This document shows, in pieces, positions 27,219 to 40,795 of a stretch of DNA of 64,000 bases. Position 1 is the first letter of the stretch, and the number at the start of each line of letters is the position of its first letter. The stretch lies in NCBI GenBank assembly GCA_000320545.1, contig ADNK01000282.1, positions 11,298 to 75,297 of the forward strand. Direction: 5' to 3'. Made by a program: the position numbers and the translations under genes. This DNA is from Bigelowiella natans CCMP2755 (taxonomy: Eukaryota > Protista > Cercozoa). Under the pieces are notes generated by a model. It had not been told where the DNA came from. It did no database searches and was given only the letters and a program-made list of their open reading frames with translations.

Positions 27219-30200
27219 ATGGAAGGCAAACAGCAGCCTTACAATCATGGGCAAGCTGCTAGTAGTAATATGATGATGCAGCAGCAACAACAGGGAGGGG
27301 CTTCAATGTCTTACGACGCGGCTTCGCAACAACCAGCAACAGGAGCATATTATAGCCAGCAGTACCCTCAACAACAGTATGACCAACAGTACTATGATCA
27401 GCAAGCACAGGGTGGTGGATACGGGGGTTCATACGCCCAACAGCCTGTTAATGATCAAAGTGGGTACTCAAATGTCGCGACGTCTGGAGCTGATTACAAC
27501 CAGCAATACACACAACACCAAAATGTACACCAAGAACAGCAATATGGAGGGTCTCAACAGCAGCAGCAGTATCATCAACAAAATCAACAACAACAACAAC
27601 AACAACAACAGTTCAACCAAAATGTAAATGGAGAAGGGTATCACGCTCCCGTCCCTCAAGAACAATCGCCTTATCCGCAGACTCCGAAGCCGAAGAAAGA
27701 AGAACGAATCGACCCGGCACAAATTCCAAGATGGTCGCCCGAACACAAGACTGACGAACCTTTAAAGCGATTCTACACCAGGTGAATTATACAGAAGAAG
27801 AAAACGTGTGATGATCTCGGACCCTAAACTCACTAAGCTGACTGAATGATATATTCCTTCTCAACGCCTCAAATAATTCTTAAATAAATAATTAGGTCTG
27901 GTAGCTCCCCTCCCCCCTCAACCCACCCCTTCATCGCCGTAGACGAAGGAAATTGCAGCCCGCGGTTCATTCGAATGTCCACAAACTACATAGCTAACGA
28001 GTTGAGTCTCGTAGAGCAGACGAAGCTATGCGTAGGGGCTATCATACAGCCTCTGGCAGAGTTAGGGGTCGGGGAGGAGCCCCCTCCTGTTCAGGATTTT
28101 GGAAAAGAGGGTCCGATTAGATGTAACAAGTGCGGTGCCTACATCAATCCCTTCTTTCGTTTCATTGACGGCGGGAGGTCATTCATATGCAACATGTGCG
28201 AGACCAAAAACGCAGTCCCAGACTATTACTGGTGCAATCTTGACCCGAAGGGATTCCGAAGGGATAAGAATGAGCGTCCGGAGCTGTGCCGCGGAACCGT
28301 CGATATCGTCGCCCCTCCTGACTACTGTGACTCACCCGTGACAGATCCTTGTTATCTCTTCCTCGTTGACGTCTCCTACCCAGCGCTCGTGAATGGCCTG
28401 GTCGATTGTGCGCTGGAGTGTATTCGAGCGAGCGTAGGCGAGCTGGCGAAAAATCCCCGGACACGTGTCGGTATTGTGACGTTCGACAAGCACCTGTACT
28501 TTTATTCGGTGAAGGAGGGATCTAATGAGCCGCGCTTGAGTGTGGTTTCTGACACGGATGACCCATTCGTGCCAGTGCTGCCTGACACCGTCCTGCTGCA
28601 GCTCAAAGACGAGAGTTCCTTAGATGTTCTAGATGCTGTCTTGGCCCTCGTTCAGAAGGTGCACATGAGCGAGACCACAGTCACGTCAAATAGCTGTGCT
28701 TTCGGTGCTGTAGCCTCGGCGGGCGCCCGGTTGCTCGAGGCTTACGGTGGGAAGATGATGATTGTGACGTCGAGCCTGTGCAACATGGGCACTGGAAAGC
28801 TGGAGCCACGGAACGACATCAAGCTATACAATACCAACAAAGAGCAGACGCTCCTAGTACCAAACGGATCATACTATGAGAAGCTCGCGACGATGTGCGC
28901 GCAGCTGAAGGTCTCGGTCGATATCTTCGCCTGCGCCAACGATTACCTCGACCTTGCAACAATCGGCGCCCTCTCCCGGACGACAGGAGGGCAGATATAT
29001 TACTACAATGCGTTCAACGCCAACAAGGATGGGGAGGCCCTGCACAGAGATATGTACCGTAACATTAGCCGTTTTACTGCTTTCCAGGGGGTTATGGTGA
29101 TCCGCACGACGAAGGGCTTGAAGGTGGCGGAGAAGTTCGGCAACTTCTTCGCGAGGGAGGCCGACGAGATGGAGGTCCCAGTGATCCATTGCGACTCGTC
29201 GTTCGGTATCATGCTCAACCACGAGGGGAAGCTAACGCAGAAAGAGGCTTGCGTGCAGACTGCCCTGTTGTACACAACTTCGGACGGGAAACGGCTGATA
29301 AGGGTACACACAATCTCGCTGCCAGTAACCTCCGCCCTCTGCAATCTCTTCCGGCACGCCGATCTCGATACCATTATCAACCTGTCCTTGAAGCAAGGGG
29401 TGAATCAAATCCTGTACAAAGTGGAGCCGAAGAACGCTCGGAAAGCACTCACGCAGGCGTGCATTGACAGCTTGTTTGTGTATCGAAAGTACTGCTCCAC
29501 GCAGCACTCCCCAGGCCAGCTCATCCTGCCAGAGCCACTCAAATTGCTTCCTCTCTCCACCCTCGGCATGATTAAACATTCACTCTTTCACTGCGGCACA
29601 CAGGTAATAGGGATGGTTAGGAGAGTGGTGATGGGGATAGTGTTGATTCGCGATTACGATATTCTGTAAAATATAGCACATTCTTGTCCTCAAATATGTT
29701 GCGTGGGTGTGAAAGCTGTAGCGCAGTGTCGAAAACACAAGTATAAGAGTGACAGAAGAAGCCCTTCTAAAATGTTTGATTATTGTTTTTGGCACCCTCC
29801 CCTCCTCCAAATATTAGGTGGACCAGAGGGCATTCTTGTCTGCATTTGTTGGAGCGATGCCGACATACGTGGCTTGCAGCTTCGTAGATCCGTGTCTCTT
29901 TTCCCTCACCGAAATCCCTGATTACGCCTGTGTAGAGGGCAAAGACGGGCGCGTATTCCTACCCCCAGTGCTCAAGCTCTCTTCTGAATCCATTAGCCGG
30001 GAGGGGGTCTATCTCCTCGACGACGGGCGCTCACTTTACATTTGGATTGGAGAGCAAGCCTCCAAGCAGGTCACTGATCAGCTGTTCGGCATGGTGCAGC
30101 AGGTGGAGGGGGGACCGACATCCCTCCGACTCGTGTACGATAGCGAGGCCGAAGCCAAGTCTCTCAACTCTCGCGTCTGGACGCTCATTACACAGCTTCG

Positions 30201-30426
30201 GAAAAACTGCCCATCATTCAAGACGATCAGCATCGTCACCCGGAACACACACACCGGTTCGAGCCTCGACGAGTCGCAGTTCTTTGACCACCTTATTGAG
30301 GACGCGGCACGGAAGAATAAGTGGAACCCCTTCGACCTTGGGACGAAGAAGGAGGAGGTGTGCAATATGTCCTACATCGATTTCCTCTGCCACGTGCACA
30401 AAAAGATCCAAGATAAATTCTACTGA
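27219..30426 (+). CDS. SEC24: COPII coat protein Sec24 (Sec24C/D-like)
   Basis: Q/Y-rich N-terminus, RIDPAQIP, Zn finger RCNKCGAYINPF..FICNMC, RPELCRGTVD, trunk vWA domain, GQLILPEPLKLLPL, gelsolin-like C-terminus ending SYIDFLCHVHKKIQ. Exons 27219-27781, 27896-29603, 29818-30426. Confidence 0.95.
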
Positions 30427-31062
30427 TGATTCGGAGGATGGCGATGACGACTGGTGATGAGATTGCACCAAGGAACCACATGTAAAGGGCAAGTAGAGCA
30501 GCAGAGGTGCATGCATTCATAGCGCTGCATTCTTGTTACAAATTAGTCAGATAGGTGAGAATGCGAGAACTATGTGGTGGGCATGTGCAATCTACTCGTA
30601 TTCATGTTTAGTTGCCTCATTGAGGCCATGTCTACTTCGAAATGCCCCATGAAATGAAGTGCTTGTAATGATGCACCTTGCATCAATTCTACAGCAGCAT
30701 CTAGGCATGTGCAGCTGTGCAGCGCATCAGCCATTGTGGACATTGTTAACACAACTAGGAAAACGGTGAAACAAAGCAGAAAGAGAAGGCCATCGTGGCG
30801 AGCATGGGTGCACACGCACACAGCCTATGATCTAGACAAGACAGCAGTCGAATCACAATGTGCACATCTGCGGTGGACATGATGTGGTCTGTCTTGTGCG
30901 CAGCTGTGCAAATTGTGCGTGCGTCTCTAGGTCTCACGGCGCGGGACATCGGGCACCAACAAACGGCACAAAGTTGAAGGAGGACACACTCATCCTGACG
31001 GGATTTGTTCGGGATGAATGATCTCAGACACAAATTCGAACGCTCTTTCGTTTGGCAACCAA

Positions 31063-31366
31063 GTCACCGGTCTAGCGGTGGCTGGCCCCTGCCAGTGAAC
31101 AGAAATGTGGTTCAGGGATGAGGGGAAAAGTCACCCTCGCACTCGTGACCGAAACCCCCCCCCCGCCCATTGCCACTTCGGCGGATGCAACTTTTGAACC
31201 TTGCCCATGAGTGCAGACCCAAACGTCCTTGACCTGGCAACCGATCACCGGTGGCTGGCTAGCTGGGGCGACATGTTTGTCCATCTAGCCATCCCACCAG
31301 TGAACGAGAATGTGGTTTGTGGGTGGGAGGAAAAGCCACCCTGGTGACCGAAAACCCCCGCCTGGC
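31063..31366. repeat. Imperfect direct repeat pair (about 70-100 bp)
   Basis: ccagtgaacagaaatgtggtt..gaaaagtcaccct..gtgaccgaaacccccc (~31092-31165) versus ccagtgaacgagaatgtggtt..gaaaagccaccctggtgaccgaaaaccccc (~31297-31360). Confidence 0.7.
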
Positions 31367-31367
31367 T

Positions 31368-31600
31368 TCAGTGAGGACTGACTAGCAAATCAGCGGGGTT
31401 CGTGCAAATTGGCACGAACCAAACATTGAATGCATCACAACCAGCAGCCAAATGACGACGACGCAAAGCATCCATCCTGAGCAGGAACTTCCTGACAGCC
31501 ACGTCCACACGGAGATCAACGTTGGGGATGTTCGAGGGGGCGCCGAGCAAGACTCTGGTCCACACTTCCAAAATGTGGCAAGACATTTGCAGAGGAGGGG
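31368..31600 (-). mobile_element. Degenerate retrotransposon RNase H fragment (DIRS/tyrosine-recombinase-like)
   Basis: Translation HILEV....LLG....VDLRVD.AV.......FNVWFVPICTNPADLL resembles DIRS-type RNase H (HI..LE, V.L.VDN, .VPS..NPAD.LSR); the fragment is truncated and TG/CA-rich. Confidence 0.4.
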
Positions 31601-32053
31601 ATTCACTTCCTGGTTTTCCCGTTTGATTGGACTTTTTTGCAACTCGAGAGGGTCACTCGAGTCATGTCCTGCTTGAAATTGCAGACGTCAGGCTGTCCTA
31701 CTCTTTTGACAACATTTTTTTGGTTCTTGATGACCTTGTGAGATTGTAGCCGTTTAGGCAATTTGTTCCAAAAAAAAAACTTTTTAAAAAGTTTGTCGAA
31801 GCCCCCTAGATCTAGATCTTTAAAACCAAAGCATCAACTGGCTTCAACTAAAGTTAGTTCGAGCCACGATTTTAGGGATGCGACAAGGAATCGCTTTAGT
31901 CTCACTTCCTAACTTAGATCTAATCATCGTACCAAAGATTTCATTTTGGGCATCACCTCAAACCTCCCCCCCCCCCCACACGGACAAACTCGTTTACTCA
32001 GCAAGATCTGGCATTTCTTGAAAAGAATACTAATTCTTAAGTCCTAAGTAACA

Positions 32054-33358
32054 ATGAAGATGGTTTACGGGCTGCTGATGGTAGTCGCGATGACCTCGGC
32101 AATCAGGTCTCCGGTGTCGAAGAAGGTCACAATCGCTTTAGGCAACACATTCCAGAAGGTGCCTAAAACCAAGCTAAGAAAAGCACGCAACGGTAAAGTC
32201 AAGCAATGGGATTACACGTTGTATGTGAAGCAGCTCAACGGCGAAGCTGGTGCAGTCAGCAAAGTCGAGTTCTATCCGGACATAATTGACAACACCTACA
32301 AGCCTGAATCATACCTAGGGAAGAAGACCAACGAAGGCAAAACATTTTCCACGAGGCATGATTGCTGGGGACGGTCGCTAGCCCGTGCGCATGTCACCTT
32401 GAAAGATGGCTCAATTCACAAACTCGAGAAGTCGATTCGCATGCGTGAGAAGAATGAAATCGTGCGGGATCTTGTTTACAAGAAGAAGGAGCCTGCCAAA
32501 AAGTCTGTCAAGAAGATACGTGGCGTCATATCAGATCGAAAATTTGGTGTTGAAGTCGAATTTGTATCAACGTCAGCACAAAAAGGGAACCTTTGCGATG
32601 CAGTAGAAAGCGCGACCTCCACAACTTGCTTGGATCGCGGCTACGACAAGGCGACGACGAAGGCATGGAAGATTGTGCCGGATAACTCGATCTCGACAAA
32701 CCATTATTATTCGAGTGGCTTTGAGATCGTAAGCCCCATTCTGAGTGGGAAAAAGGGCCTCAGGGAACTTGGTGATGCCATGGATGCCATAAAAAGCTGC
32801 GACGACGTTTCTGTGTCGGACACATGTGGCTTGCACGTGCACATTGACATGACTGACATCAAGTTTGAAATGCTCAAGCGCATCTGCCAGAATTGGATAA
32901 AGTACGAGACAGGAATAGACTTAATGCTGAAGGAGCAACGTAGCAACGAAGCGAAGAATAAGTACTGCCTGAGTGTTCGCAAGAACATGAAGTTCAGAAA
33001 GCTCCGGAATGATGACGCAATCCGCCTCATCGGCGAGGCTAAAAACCAAAACGCACTTGCGAAAATGATGAACGCCCACCCTAAGAACGGACAGAGATAC
33101 TTCAAGCTAAACCTGCAGAACCTTGTATCGAAAAAAAGAAATACTCTCGAGTTTCGTGCTCATGAGGGCACGGTTGATGCGGAGACAGCAAAAAACTGGG
33201 TGCGTTTTCTAATTGCATTCGTAGAAATGTCGATCCAAAGCCCGATGCCGAAACCCTTTTCCGACAAAGCTAATAAGAAAGATGTGTTCCATAACCTTTT
33301 GACGCACTTCATTCCGGAGCACAACCCACCACTGCGCGACTTTTACGCTGACTTTTGA
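32054..33358 (+). CDS. Putative amidoligase (COOH-NH2 ligase, Amidoligase_2-like) with N-terminal signal peptide and YEATS-like domain; intronless
   Basis: Ligase motifs KFGVEVEF, WKIVPDNSI, FEIVSPIL, CGLHVHID, RYFKLNL, TLEFRAHEGT. The N-terminal IALGNT..WDYTLYV..VSKVEFY..FSTRHDCWG..AHVTLKDG pattern is YEATS-like. Confidence 0.85.
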   Translation: MKMVYGLLMVVAMTSAIRSPVSKKVTIALGNTFQKVPKTKLRKARNGKVKQWDYTLYVKQLNGEAGAVSKVEFYPDIIDNTYKPESYLGKKTNEGKTFSTRHDCWGRSLARAHVTLKDGSIHKLEKSIRMREKNEIVRDLVYKKKEPAKKSVKKIRGVISDRKFGVEVEFVSTSAQKGNLCDAVESATSTTCLDRGYDKATTKAWKIVPDNSISTNHYYSSGFEIVSPILSGKKGLRELGDAMDAIKSCDDVSVSDTCGLHVHIDMTDIKFEMLKRICQNWIKYETGIDLMLKEQRSNEAKNKYCLSVRKNMKFRKLRNDDAIRLIGEAKNQNALAKMMNAHPKNGQRYFKLNLQNLVSKKRNTLEFRAHEGTVDAETAKNWVRFLIAFVEMSIQSPMPKPFSDKANKKDVFHNLLTHFIPEHNPPLRDFYADF

Positions 33359-34240
33359 CGCTGACACAGCCGGAACCAGAAAATTAGAATGTTTCAAAAA
33401 GCAGCTGACAAAACATGATTGTGTGCGTGTGCACGTGCATTGCGCACGCATCGGAGCCTGCTCGATGCATTGCGCGCTCTTCCTTTCGCGTTGTTAGCGG
33501 CAGTGCGACGGGTGTGCCGCACCACTGTTAGGCGCCCCTTGCTAGCTGGGTGAGTAGCCACTAATCTAGCAATTCTAGAATGTCAAACATTCGTGCGCAG
33601 AGAGAGAGTGGGGAGCGCTACGGCTAGATGGGGACAATTGCACGCTTTGATGACGTGATGAAATGTGCGTTCATGTTTGTCTTGTTGTGCTACACCTTTT
33701 GTTGCTCCAGTGCTTGATTGCACAAATGGAGCGACGCTCGTGCCACAAGTTCTAGAAGTTTGCACGCACGCAGCACCCGTCAGTCTAGCTAGCAGTGCAC
33801 CACCCAGATCGACACGTTGATCGATGCCCGTGCCACCGTGCCACCGATGCTTTCTAGCTAGCTAGCTTTCTAGCTTGCACTTGTACATGGAGCGCACCCT
33901 ACCTAGCTACTAGCCTACTAGCAGACCTGCACGGATTGCATAGCATCATGATCAGCGACTGCAATGCGCTCGGTGCGCGTCCAACAGACCATGCATGCAT
34001 GTGCGCTGCATCTGCTTCACATTGCACAGCTACACCAGGATGACATTAAAAAATTTAGCTCACTTGTCGCATCCGTCTCATCTTGCACACATGCACTGCA
34101 ACATGGACTGTGTCCATTCTTGTGTTGTAGCCATACACGCTCATAGCCATGCTAGCATGAAGGCTCTAAGCATTATTTGTATGACGCACGAAACCTTTAC
34201 TGATTGACATTACCGATCACCCATGTCGTTGTTCACAGCA

Positions 34241-35576
34241 TCACCCTTCAGCTTGTCTCCCTCCGAGCCGTGGGATTGAAAGCATAAGATTTATTCCATG
34301 TCCGATAGCAGAAAGGGGGTCCTTGATTCGGGAGATCTTAGCAGGAGCCCCACGCACACTCTCAAGCTGTACAAAATAAATATCGTAACTTTCTCCACGC
34401 TTTATGCATTCATAAGCGAACAGCACCTCCCTCAAAGAGAGTGGAACGAGGGTCGAACCCTTCATCCTAGTAGTTTTAACCTCCACATATCGCTTTCCGC
34501 TGGCGCATTTGACCAGAATGTCGTACGGTGTTCCCTTTTCCTTTTCTTCGTTCATCCACGAAACTTGCGCGGCTGATGAGCGGAGTTCTCGCACAAGATG
34601 ATGATAGACGCGCTCCTCTCCCCAACGTCCCAGACGCATATTCTCGCTGACATTGCCGCCACTCTGATGAAGTAACTGAAACAATGACTTCGGTAGCATC
34701 AGTTCTTTCCTGTTGTCTTTTTTCATGTCAACCTCTTCCAGCACATCATGCCTGACTGAATTTGTGCTGGGAAGGGATTGAGCCGCTTGTTCTTCCGAGA
34801 GCTCACAACCCTGAGCTAATTCCTTGAAAGATCTGGGGACATATGCCCTCTCACTTGGACCCCCCCTAGTGCTACCAACCGTTGTGCTTCTGATGGTGGA
34901 TGCTGTTCTCTGATTGTTCGGTGGCCTCATAGAGTTTCTTGGTATCTGACTACTACCAGTAATTGCAGCAGGATTGGAGTTTCTTGGTATCTGATTACTG
35001 CCAGTTATGGCTGGAGGATTGTGCAGCTTGAAGAGAGGAGAGAGCTTTCCACCTCCAGATACCCTCGATGGTTTTCTCGATGCATTCCGATTCTTCAAGT
35101 CTTCCTGCACTGTGTTAAGCCAAGCATCGTTTTCAACAGCCTCTGCAAGCGCACGCCGTTCTTTGTCAGAAAGCACCTGGACTCCTCCTTTCCCTTCTTT
35201 TCCAGGCTCTTTCTGTAATAGCTCGTCATCTGAATCTTCGTTTTGCCCAGAGAAAAGCTGCACACTCGGATCATTCTCCAGGCTGCGGGCAAGCATAGCA
35301 TCTGAATCGTTCTTCTTGCCCTTTTCTCCTATCTTCGGAATCAAGTCAGGCCGCCACGGAAGCCACCACGACTCAGCCGGGTTTGGGCATGCATCTGATG
35401 TGTTTTGGTGACAACAACAAATTAGTGGGACGGATTGTGCAATGGAGTTGATGTGACGATAGTAGACGTTGGAAACGCCTTCAAGAAATGTAATTTCGCA
35501 TGCGTAAAACGACAGAGGAGGAGCACTATTGAAAAGAGAGTATCATTACCATGACCATCATTTCTTACCACCACTC

Positions 35577-35619
<43 letters not shown>

Positions 35620-38600
35620 TCCCTCTCTCACCCACACATATATACACAGGAATGCCGACCTTCCAGCCAGCCTTTAAGTTCTTTCTGAGTTTTTGGGGGG
35701 GGGTTCGTGGCGACGAGCTTATGCAGAACATTGGACATGGCGGTGTACACCTCCTTACTCAAAATCTGGGCAGGTTCATCAACCGGGCTTAAAAGTTTTC
35801 CAAATTCTTCAAGAAACTTCTCGACGTTCAACGGAGTCGTGCCAGATACGTATAGAACGCAAAGGTGTTCCACCTCCCCCCCCCCTTGCTTTTGATCTTT
35901 CTCCTCTCGCAGCCCCTCCTTCTTTTTGGCCTTCCTCCCATCGTAGTCATCCTGCGGTGTTTGTGCGAGACAAGAGATCGTGCGCTGTTTCTCCTCAGCA
36001 ACAACAATGCCATCTTTCTGCAGCGTTCTAGTCGATGTCATTTGTCCTGCGAAGCGAATTGAGATTGCGGACAGCTTACTACGAAGCGATGAGATCTCTT
36101 GCGGCTTCGCAACCTCGTGCATCTTGGTGGCGATCACCCAAGAAGCGGCGGAAAGCTCTCGGAGAGAAGCCGCAATCGGTAAGCATTCGGTGTTGTTGAT
36201 TTTGCTATCCTCAATTTTGTACGAAACGGAAAGAGAGGTTGACAGTCGAGGGATTCCTAGGACGCTTTTATAAAACTTCCACACATCTTCCTCGATGTTC
36301 TCTACTTTTGAAAACTTGGCACTTGCCAAGATGACTTTTCGCTTCTTTCCTTCCTTTCCTGTCGGTATGAAGGCACCGACGTTGGTCTGGAAGCGGGGCG
36401 AAGCCACATAGAAAGGAGTATATTCCCCGAGGAAAAGTAAGGGATCATTCGGTGCCGCCCATTCATTGCTTCCCTCTGTAGGGATGCATTTTAGGGAGCT
36501 GAACCCCTTCCTGATGCTCTTGCTAAGGAGCTTCTGTTTGGCTTCGTAACCTTCATCGCCTTCTTCGGCGAGTTTATCGTATTGGATTTTCCACATTTTG
36601 TACGTCCGAAAGATAATCTCGAGGACGATGTCTCTGTTAATAGTAGGGCCAGGCCTGACCGCCTTTGCAACGAGAGCAAAGTAAAATTCTGGTCGGTATG
36701 TCTTTAGCACACGGAGCTCTTTGAACAAATCAAAAGAATTGTAAAACCGATCCAAAACGCGCCTCCGGGCAAAATGAACTCCCTGGATTGGACGACGACC
36801 TTTACCATGCATTGCTGGATTCGCCATTTTCTTCAACAGCTTAACAGCTAGCTGGCGTGTTTGATGTTCGACCCGAATATGCGTCGAGTCAACAAGGTAG
36901 GAGTATTCATGCGCTACGCACTCGTCCACAGAATAGAGTCGCCCATATTGCTGGGCGCTCTGATCGATGGTATACACATTATGTGAGCTTTTGATGTCGT
37001 AGTCCGGAAGAAAGATGACTGGTATCGTTGGGTCCCACACTTCTGAATATGGCCTCTGCTGCTTCTCCTCTCTTTTCTTCTTCTCCACGAGAATCCTTAG
37101 AAGTTCATACGATTGTTGCATTGACATGCTCCTTCTGCTCCTTCCTGCTTTGCGGAAAATGGTACACAGAGTATGCAGGTCCAGATCTTGACGAAAGCCA
37201 AGCAGAGAATTTAAAATTCCTGGCATAGAATCATCCTTCAAGAGCGGCGCGTATTTTCTCAAACCACCGAGGGGGTTGACGATTTCCGGTGTCTCCAGCT
37301 GCGTGAATGGAGAAAGTAAGATCTTAATAATAGCAACGTATGATGTATCAATATGACCTGCGAGTATGTGTCTATGTTTACATTGTATTTGTTTCGGTTA
37401 TGTGTGCATCGTGCGAACGTTCTTATTTGAGGGATTGTGCGGAGAGTGTGGCGTTTGCTTATAGAAAAGACTAACTACACAGATATTGATGTTGCAGCAG
37501 TACCAGAAGTTGAGCCGGTGCACACAATTGTCCTTTTCCCGTATTAAACCAGCGAGTTGTCTGTAGTCTTTCAGAGACCGTTGATCGAACTCTCCAAGAT
37601 GCGAGATTCGTTCTAACAACATCGCCATGCTCGTCGTCTTTTTTCGCCTCAGCTGTCTGCATTACTGTTTGCTTAGTGACCCTACATACAGTGATGGTGC
37701 ATGCGGTAGCCTTTGCGACCTCAGTGCGTATTTCAACCACCGAGTGGAGGGCCTCCTTAAAATAGGTGAGGAGCTTTGATGACTTGGAGGCGATGTCTTT
37801 ACTGCACCTCCTGTCAGCCTTGGAATTAGCTTCTAACTTCATAAGACTCTTCTCCAGGATCGGACACCGGTAATCTTTAATCTCAATGGCAATGCCTGAG
37901 CTGCTACTCTCTCCTGCGGCGCCGTCGTTATTTATCATCTCATCCGCAATGAATTTGCTCAGTGCCGGTTCGAGTATCTCCCCAATACCTGGCATTACAG
38001 TCCCTTCAATAATATTGCGGGCGAAGCGAACCTTGCGTGAAAGAGCCTCTCTCAGGGGTTGCGAGTGGTGGAGATCTGAGACATTTGTAAACTCAAAGAG
38101 GTGATGCACGGCGTCCATCCGCATATGGCTTTGAATGCCGAGAGACGTGAACAGCTCGCGCCACTCTCTCTTCATAGTAGCGCGCCTTTCCCAGTTATGG
38201 TCAACAATCTGACTGCTGGTCTTCTTCTTCTTCTCTTCGTTGCCGTTACTGTTAATAAGGGGCTTATCGTAGGTAGAAGTATGCTGCTGCTGAAGGTACT
38301 TGGTGGAGATTACATGAACCTGATCCACACCTAGGATGCCAGCCATAATCGTCGGAAATTCAATAGAACTTGAGTCGAGGTATTGAGGATGAAAGTAAAG
38401 AAGCTTTGCAGCCTCAGAGATGCGGTAAACACGTTCATTTTGATCGACGATGTAGACGTCGTTCTTCTTTAGCTGCGAAGACAGCTCTCGAATTCCCCAC
38501 CGCGTGGATGTGTACTTCTTGATGGTGACGAGGAGGCTGATGCAAAGGTCGGGTTCCTCCGTTAACGCGTGCTCTGCCGCCAGGATTGGTATGAGGTGTG

Positions 38601-40678
38601 ATTGAGCGAATTCGACACCATGCATTGGCCGCACACCTTGGGTCACCAGCAAATCCGATGCACGTTGGTACGGTATTAGAGCCTTCACGAATTCGGGATG
38701 GAGCACCCGGATATCTCTCTTCAAAACTTTGCGTGCGAGGGTGCTGAAGTGATCAATCTCTCTCTCCCCCCCGCCGTCTCCAAGACTCCCTCCCTCGGAG
38801 TCGGAGGAGGAGAATGCAGTAGAAGTGGAAGAGGTAGCACCGGCAGCAGTAGTTTCGGTGGTTTTGATTTGGTACAACCTCCCTGAATCGAGGCTCACAA
38901 GTCGACCATCACGGAGTGGAAATACCTTTGCTTTGCGGAGTGCCTCGATATTTCTCGCCTGATTTTTCTCCAAATCCCGGGCGAAGCAGTTGATAGCCCA
39001 AGCAAGCCACGCATACCGAAGACTCATACTGCCTTGAGTTTCATTCATTTTCCTTGTCTTTCCCTCCATCCCCTCCCCCCCCTCCTTTACGTCCCGATCG
39101 TCCTCCTCCTTTGCCCACAACGCCTTCTCCGAAATCAAGGAGAGTATCCTCACTACGACCTGCGCTCCAAACTCGCGAACACCTAGGTGCTTCTGCAGAC
39201 GCAACGGCATCTTACTGAGGGATTTGTGCAAAAGGCGAAATTTTGAGACTCGGCCAAGTATCGTGCTGGTAGCTTTGGCCAGACGGTCGTCGTCGGGACC
39301 CCGCAGCACCCGTGTTGGCGCAGTAAGGACGTGGCCCTCGCACATGAGAATAGGGAGGTCGGTGATTTCTTTGCGCACAGATTCAACAACAGGATGGAAG
39401 AACTCGTCGGTCATGTCGTCGTTCAATGGCAGACAGAGCAGGAACCTCCTCAACAGCGAGTTGTAGCCTCCACAACCGAAGGTGGTAGGGGGGGGGGACA
39501 AATTCTTAGAGTCGATGTTGGTGGTAGCCGACCCTAGTTTCTTTTTGAAGTCATCGTCAATGGTAGGGGGAGGAGGAGCACCACTGTTGCTATTGCTACT
39601 CCTCTGCTTTACGGTCTCGGATATGAAGAGAAGAGCCGCTTTGCGAAATGCTGGAGCGATCTGCTTACGGATAAATACGTTCCAAGCATCACCGCTATGA
39701 ACACCCTCTCGTGATGACGTCAGCTCCCAGTCTGCCTGAATCACGACCCTAAATCCGTAGTTTTTGATCGGCAGATATGCGAACAAATCCTGCTTTGGGA
39801 TTACGTCCGGGTTCCAGTCAATCTCATCATCGACGTCTTCTTCTCCACCGTGTAAACTGTTTGTTCTCGGGGAAGATAACGACGACGACGACGGCGAAAA
39901 CTCAAGAGGAAAGGCGACCTGAACCTCAAGCTCTTTAGCTTTTGAACTCATCCCGATGCCGCCCTCCAACGGGGCGACATGGCTGGCGCGCAGCCATGTA
40001 TATCTTTCCAACGAAACAGTATCAACAACACTCTTTCGGTCTCCCCCCCCCTCCTCCTCATGAATATCTCCTCCTCCTTCCCCTTTCTTATCGCTTCCAA
40101 CAACGGAGGTGCTGGTAGAAATCACAGGTTTCGCAGCAGCTGCAGCTGCTATTGCATGTTGCTGCCTTACATCCACGAAGACGTAAGGTCCGCTCTCCCC
40201 ACGAGCGAGGGTCTTCCTGACCTTCATCTCTGGATCTTCCACAGAAATATGGCGCAGCTTCTTCAAGAACAGCAGGAGACTGGGCTTTATCGAGTCCAAT
40301 GCCTGGCTGACTTGTGCGACAATTTCGCTCTTCAGAACGACTCCGCGGTTAGTTTGGATTTCGTTGGCAAATGGAAGGATAATGACGGTGCCCTCATTGG
40401 CCTTCTTCTGGCCCTTCGTTTCTTCTCCGGAGATGTCGTCTTCTTTTTGTTGTAGACGTTGCTGCTGCTTCTGCTGCCGCTGCTCCTCTGGTGAAATGAT
40501 CTCCGGGTAGATGTACCCCAAACAGTATTTTAGCCTTTGCCTTTTTGTGCTTTTGCTACTACTGCCAAAGACATCGTCATTTCGGTTGTTCTCACGATTG
40601 AAGCGGAAGTGTATTAGCCCGGAGTGTATCTCCGGTGTTAGCGTGATCTTGAAGACGGATTTGAATCCGATGCCTATG

Positions 40679-40714
<36 letters not shown>

Positions 40715-40753
40715 GATGTATGAGGATGGAGGATGATGCTGATGATGCCTCTG

Positions 40754-40795
<42 letters not shown>

